64,000 bases of DNA from an uncultured Acidimicrobiales bacterium. Its GTDB lineage: Bacteria; Actinomycetota; Acidimicrobiia; Acidimicrobiales; SZUA-35. The notes beneath the pieces were generated by a model. The model did no database searches. It had not been told where the DNA came from and worked only from the letters and a program-made list of their open reading frames with translations. Both the position numbers and the translations under genes were made by a program. Shown piece by piece: positions 60,059 to 64,000 of this stretch (its first letter is position 1; every line of letters starts with the position of its first letter). The stretch is taken from positions 6,528 through 70,527 of the forward strand of contig CALKTH010000080.1 in the NCBI GenBank assembly GCA_937997485.1. The letters are read 5' to 3'.

Positions 60059-61060
60059 TCAGTCTCGTGGACGTCGCCGGCCTCGAGCGGTGCGCTTGGA
60101 AACTACCTGCCGTTGAACGGCCACCTCGAATTCGACCTCCGGCGGTTCGATCTCACCGTCAAGGACGGCTCGCATCATGGCCAGGTGATCCGGCTCGGAT
60201 CCGCAACACGCACCGATGATCTGAACACCTGCCTCGCGCTGTCGATGGGCGTGGGCCGCCATCACTTCGGGGGAGCCGCTGTAGTGAAGATCGGCGCCTC
60301 GCCATTCAGGCATCCCGGCGTTCGCCTTGGAAATGAGCACCAGGTCAGGACGAGCAGCCCGCATCTCGGCCAGCGCCGCCTCGGTGTCGGCCAAGTTGTT
60401 GCCGCAGTTGGCGCCAATGGCAGTGACCCCGGCGTCGGCCAGCGTCTGGGCAGCCATCGTGCCCGAGACTCCCATCATGGTGCGGCCTGCAGTATCGAAG
60501 CTGAGCGTTGCGGTGATCGGAAGATCGCTGACTGAGCGCGCGCCTTCCACCGCCGAGGCCACTTCGTCCAAGTGGCTCATGGTCTCCACCCAGAGAATGT
60601 CAGCGCCGCCGGCGGTGAGCCCTTCGGCTTGCTCGGCAAAAGCGGCACGGCAGGCGGCCATCGACATCGAACCCATCGGCTCGAGCAGCTCGCCCGTGGG
60701 GCCCATCGAGCCGGCAACCAACATTGGCCGCGAGGCAGCGTCGATCACGGCCCGGGCGACCTCGGCCGCGGCCCTGTTCAGCTCGACCACGCGGTCCTGC
60801 AACTTGTGCAGCGCCAACCGGTAGTGGGTTCCGCCGAAGGAGTTCGTCAGCACGATGTCGGATCCAGCGTCGGCGTAGGCCTGATGCACCGACTTCACTC
60901 GATCGGGCTCCTCGACATTCCACAACTCGGGTGGGTCGCCAGAGCCGAGGCCACGGCGAAAGAGTTCTGTGCCCATGGCGCCGTCCACGAGAAGGACGCC
61001 GCGCTCGGTGAGCAGGGAGCTGAGCGTGTGCCGTTGGGGGGAGGCCGTCGAATCAGACAT
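60059..61060 (-). CDS. Homocysteine S-methyltransferase-domain protein
   Basis: Motifs LLVDGAMGTEL, VLTNSFGG, IGANCGNN and IGACCGSEPDH. Confidence 0.85.
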   Translation of the reverse strand: MSDSTASPQRHTLSSLLTERGVLLVDGAMGTELFRRGLGSGDPPELWNVEEPDRVKSVHQAYADAGSDIVLTNSFGGTHYRLALHKLQDRVVELNRAAAEVARAVIDAASRPMLVAGSMGPTGELLEPMGSMSMAACRAAFAEQAEGLTAGGADILWVETMSHLDEVASAVEGARSVSDLPITATLSFDTAGRTMMGVSGTMAAQTLADAGVTAIGANCGNNLADTEAALAEMRAARPDLVLISKANAGMPEWRGADLHYSGSPEVMAAHAHRQREAGVQIIGACCGSEPDHLAMMRAVLDGEIEPPEVEFEVAVQRQVVSKRTARGRRRPRD

Positions 61061-61112
61061 CGGACCATTCTCTCAGGTCCGTCGAGTACTCACGCCTCAG
61101 CGACCGAACAGT

Positions 61113-62219
61113 TCAACTGGGGCGCGGTTCCCGCGGCAACCCGAGCACCCGCTCACCGAGAATGTTGCGCTGGACCTCACTTGATCCACCGGCGATGCGC
61201 ATGCCTGGCGCATACAGCATTCGGTCGGCCAACTCGCCTGCAAGCATCGCCTGGGCCCCCGCTACTCGTCCCTCGAGCGCCAGAGCGTCAGTCTCGAGTT
61301 CGGTCCGGAGCAGCTTCGCAGCCGAGGCCATCTCAACGCGTTGGAGCATTGCCCCCAGAGCGGATCCTCGACCCATGAGGGAGGCGAGGGCGTCTCGAGA
61401 TACCGGCCCGGCGCCTCGCCCAGCTTCGGCCAGTGCATCCATGCGTCGTCGCAGGCTGATCACACCCGCGGTGCCAAACGCACCCCGCTCATCACCCAGC
61501 ACCTCCATGGCCACTCGCCATCCATCGTTCAGGGGCCCGAGCAGGGTGTCGGCAGGCAGGAGGACGTCCGTCATGAACACCTCACAGAACTCTTCGTCTC
61601 CGGTCATCTGTTTGAGCGGGCGAATCTCGATGCCAGGCGAGCGCATGTCGATGCAAAAGAAGGAAATGCCACGGTGCTTCGGTTGGTCCTGGTCGGTCCG
61701 GGCGAGGAGGATGCCGAAGTCAGCGAACTGAGCGTTCGAGGACCAAACTTTTTGCCCGTTCACCACGAAGCCATCGCCGTCGGCCACCGCACTCGTCGAG
61801 AGACCAGCCAGGTCGCTTCCGGCGTTCGGTTCGCTGAACAGCTGACACCAAAGCGCAGATCCGTCGAGGATCGAGGGCAAGATTCGGCGCTTCTGCTCAT
61901 CCGTGCCGGATCGCAGCACCGCTTCGCCGGTCAGGATGTTGCCCTGCAAGTTGAGGTAGGGGGCAACACCTGCTCGAGCGCACTCCTCGAACCACACTGC
62001 GCTGTGGGCATGGCTCAAACCCTGGCCTCCGTACTCCACGGGCCAATGGAGTCCGGCCAACCCAAGTTCAAAGATGGTGGCCTGCCAGGCCCTGGCCTGG
62101 TCGTGAAGAGCAGGAATCAAGATGGCGCCAAAGTCCGGGCACGCCTTCGGATGCTGCATTGCCCCGCGCACTCGGGCCCGAAAGGCGGAGAGATCGGACT
62201 CGGAATCCAAGCTGGTCAC
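61113..62219 (-). CDS. Acyl-CoA dehydrogenase
   Basis: GTG start 62219. Motifs WCQLFSEPNAGSDLAGLST and GGSSEVQRNILGERVLGLPREP. Confidence 0.88.
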   Translation of the reverse strand: MTSLDSESDLSAFRARVRGAMQHPKACPDFGAILIPALHDQARAWQATIFELGLAGLHWPVEYGGQGLSHAHSAVWFEECARAGVAPYLNLQGNILTGEAVLRSGTDEQKRRILPSILDGSALWCQLFSEPNAGSDLAGLSTSAVADGDGFVVNGQKVWSSNAQFADFGILLARTDQDQPKHRGISFFCIDMRSPGIEIRPLKQMTGDEEFCEVFMTDVLLPADTLLGPLNDGWRVAMEVLGDERGAFGTAGVISLRRRMDALAEAGRGAGPVSRDALASLMGRGSALGAMLQRVEMASAAKLLRTELETDALALEGRVAGAQAMLAGELADRMLYAPGMRIAGGSSEVQRNILGERVLGLPREPRPS

Positions 62220-62270
62220 GGCACGTGTCTAGCATCGCGCTCTCGCTCGATCACGTTGCTGGCGGCAAAG

Positions 62271-63806
62271 CTATGAGCGCCTCAGCCTGCCGGGCCGGGG
62301 GAGGGCTGAGAGGGCGAGGAGGACCGGGTAGATCTCGAGTCGGCCGAGCAGCATCTCGGCGATCGCTACCCAGCGAGCGAATCGAGGGAGCACAAGGAAA
62401 TCGTTCGACGGTCCGAGTTCATTGATGCCGGGCCCCACGTTGCCGAAGGCCGTGGCTGAGGCCGACAGCGCCGTGAGCAGATCCACGCCACTCCACGCGA
62501 TGAGGAGGGCACCACTCCCGAAGGTCGCCAGCGCGAGCACCAGGAAGCCGAGAACCCGGCTGGTGACGTCGTCGTCGAGAATTGCCTTGCCGATCCGGAT
62601 CGGTCGGACCATGCGGGGATGGAGCTGGCGAAGCGTGGCTCGGTGGGCGTAGCTGGCCACAGCGAGCAGCCGGATCATCTTGACGCCACCGGAGGTTGAT
62701 CCAGCCATCGCTCCGAGAGGCATCAGCAGCAGCAGCACGGCGAGAGCGGCGTCGTTCCAGAGTCCGAAATCTGTTGTGGCATAGCCCGTGGTGCTCACCA
62801 CGGTGAGCACCGTGAAGAGACTGGTGCGGACTCCGTCGTGGCCGGCGAGATTGGCATCAGCCGTGACGAAGACGGCGGCCGTGGCGAAGGCGATCACAGC
62901 GAGGTAAAGCCGGAACTCGGCAGAGGCAAGCAGCGGGCCCGCCTTCCCCCTGATCAGGCGATACCAAAGCGTGAAGCTGCCGCCAGCCACGAACATGCCA
63001 AAGATGGCGATCCATTCGATCAGCGCCGACTCGTAGTGCCCCAGTGATGCGTTCTTCGTGGAGAAACCGCCGGTGGACGCCGTGGTCAGTGAGTGCGACA
63101 CCGCGTCGTAGACGCTCATGCCAGCGACGGCGTACCCGACCGCCAAGACCAGTGTGAGGCCGGCGTAGACCACCCAGAGGTTGCGAGCGGTGTGGCGAAC
63201 ACGAGGCGTGAGGCGTTCGCCGGTCGGACCCGGCGCCTCGGCCTGCAGCAGGTCCATGCCGCCGCTTCCGACGGCAGGGAGGACGGCGACCACGAGCACG
63301 ATCACGCCCATGCCCCCGATCCATTGGGTCAGCGAGCGCCAGAACAGCATGCCCTTCGATGCCTCTTCGATCGGGCGTAGGACGGTGGCACCGGTGGTCG
63401 TGAACCCGGACAACGACTCAAAGATTGCGTCGTCGACGGTGCCGATCGTGCCGGTCAAGAAGTAGGGAAACGCACCGGCGACGGCCAGCCCGAGCCACGC
63501 CAGGGTGACAGTGGTGAACACGTCGAGCAGTTCGATGCGAGTTGGCACCATCGTCGACCTCCACAGCGTGCCGCCGACCGTGGCAGTGACCACCCCGCAC
63601 ACGAGCATGACGAGCACGTGAGGCCCGCCGGAGACCGCCTCGACGATCGCCGAGAGGAGGATTCCCACGCCAGAAACGCCGAGGGTGATTCCGAGAACGT
63701 GGAGCACCAGGCTCGGGCGGCGACCGTCTTCGGTCCCGATCGAGCGCTCGTCACGCATCGGCCCGGTGCGGGCCACACGCAGATTGGGGGGAGTTCGGTC
63801 GACCAT
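62271..63806 (-). CDS. trkH: TrkH-family potassium uptake protein
   Basis: 511 aa, polytopic. Motifs SGFTTTGATV and STGGFST. Located immediately downstream of a TrkA C-terminal fragment. Confidence 0.88.
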   Translation of the reverse strand: MVDRTPPNLRVARTGPMRDERSIGTEDGRRPSLVLHVLGITLGVSGVGILLSAIVEAVSGGPHVLVMLVCGVVTATVGGTLWRSTMVPTRIELLDVFTTVTLAWLGLAVAGAFPYFLTGTIGTVDDAIFESLSGFTTTGATVLRPIEEASKGMLFWRSLTQWIGGMGVIVLVVAVLPAVGSGGMDLLQAEAPGPTGERLTPRVRHTARNLWVVYAGLTLVLAVGYAVAGMSVYDAVSHSLTTASTGGFSTKNASLGHYESALIEWIAIFGMFVAGGSFTLWYRLIRGKAGPLLASAEFRLYLAVIAFATAAVFVTADANLAGHDGVRTSLFTVLTVVSTTGYATTDFGLWNDAALAVLLLLMPLGAMAGSTSGGVKMIRLLAVASYAHRATLRQLHPRMVRPIRIGKAILDDDVTSRVLGFLVLALATFGSGALLIAWSGVDLLTALSASATAFGNVGPGINELGPSNDFLVLPRFARWVAIAEMLLGRLEIYPVLLALSALPRPGRLRRS

Positions 63807-63814
63807 GGAGATCT

Positions 63815-64000
63815 TCAGGCGGTGAAGAACCGCTTGGCCTCGGCGAGCGCATCCGGTCGGGCAAACACGACGACGTGATCCCCGGACTGGAGGACCGTGG
63901 TTCCGCGAACGATCTCAACGGGCTGTCCTGGCCGGTTGACAGCGCCGATCAACATCTCTTGGGGGAGTGACAGTTCGGACACAATGGCACCATCCGCCGG
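63815..64000 (-). CDS. trkA: TrkA potassium uptake protein, C-terminal (RCK_C) fragment; 5' part lies beyond the right window edge
   Basis: My own minus-strand translation gives PADGAIVSELSLPQEMLIGAVNRPGQPVEIVRGTTVLQSGDHVVVFARPDALAEAKRFFTA, with the stop at 63815-63817, 8 nt before the trkH start. Confidence 0.75.
   Translation of the reverse strand, partial: PADGAIVSELSLPQEMLIGAVNRPGQPVEIVRGTTVLQSGDHVVVFARPDALAEAKRFFTA

Overview
This is a 64-kb, visibly GC-rich chromosomal segment. It shows strong G/C bias at third codon positions and many long spurious antisense ORFs. The gene content looks actinobacterial: a SARP/AfsR-type regulator, a HelZ-like SNF2 helicase, monomeric isocitrate dehydrogenase, HU and glcDEF. 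It may be Acidimicrobiia-like, but that is inference only. I call 50 protein-coding genes, two of them cut by the window edges. I recognised no rRNA, tRNA, CRISPR array, prophage or integrase. Most of the window is ordinary metabolism and transport: acyl-CoA dehydrogenases, crotonases, ribokinase, pyrE, icd, glcDEF, a TRAP transporter, the proVWX betaine ABC system, ppa, pncA/pncB, trkAH and a molybdopterin oxidoreductase. All functions come from motifs I recognise by eye in the supplied translations, with no database search. Start codons were re-picked inside the longest-ORF track, which also uses GTG/TTG starts, and several remain uncertain. The most interesting signal is a candidate REP/RAYT system. 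An IS200-like Y1 transposase gene (17094-18062) carries a C-terminal DnaA-domain-IV-like HTH. It is flanked in inverted orientation by a 27-bp element, CTGTGGGTGCCTGACCCCCACCATCAC. Five identical copies and two half copies of this element lie within 3.3 kb. Some copies supply the stop codons of neighbouring genes. Secondary points of interest: (1) a membrane-anchored beta-rich protein coupled to a SARP-NB-ARC-TPR regulator, convergent 3 bp apart with an 813-aa gene that fuses an unknown domain to an MpaB/Lcp-like oxygenase domain and has a 32-bp palindromic operator; (2) a Crp/Fnr regulator divergent from a stand-alone cNMP-binding protein, with a 20-bp palindrome between them; (3) a ProW permease with a ~440-aa polytopic C-terminal extension; (4) a DUF1800/DUF1501 pair with four DUF4214 repeats; (5) a translationally coupled pncA-hrpA-nucleosidase operon; (6) an SNF2 helicase coupled to a small Cys-free Arg-rich protein. 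None of these can be called novel without database and genome-wide searches, which I specify for each finding.
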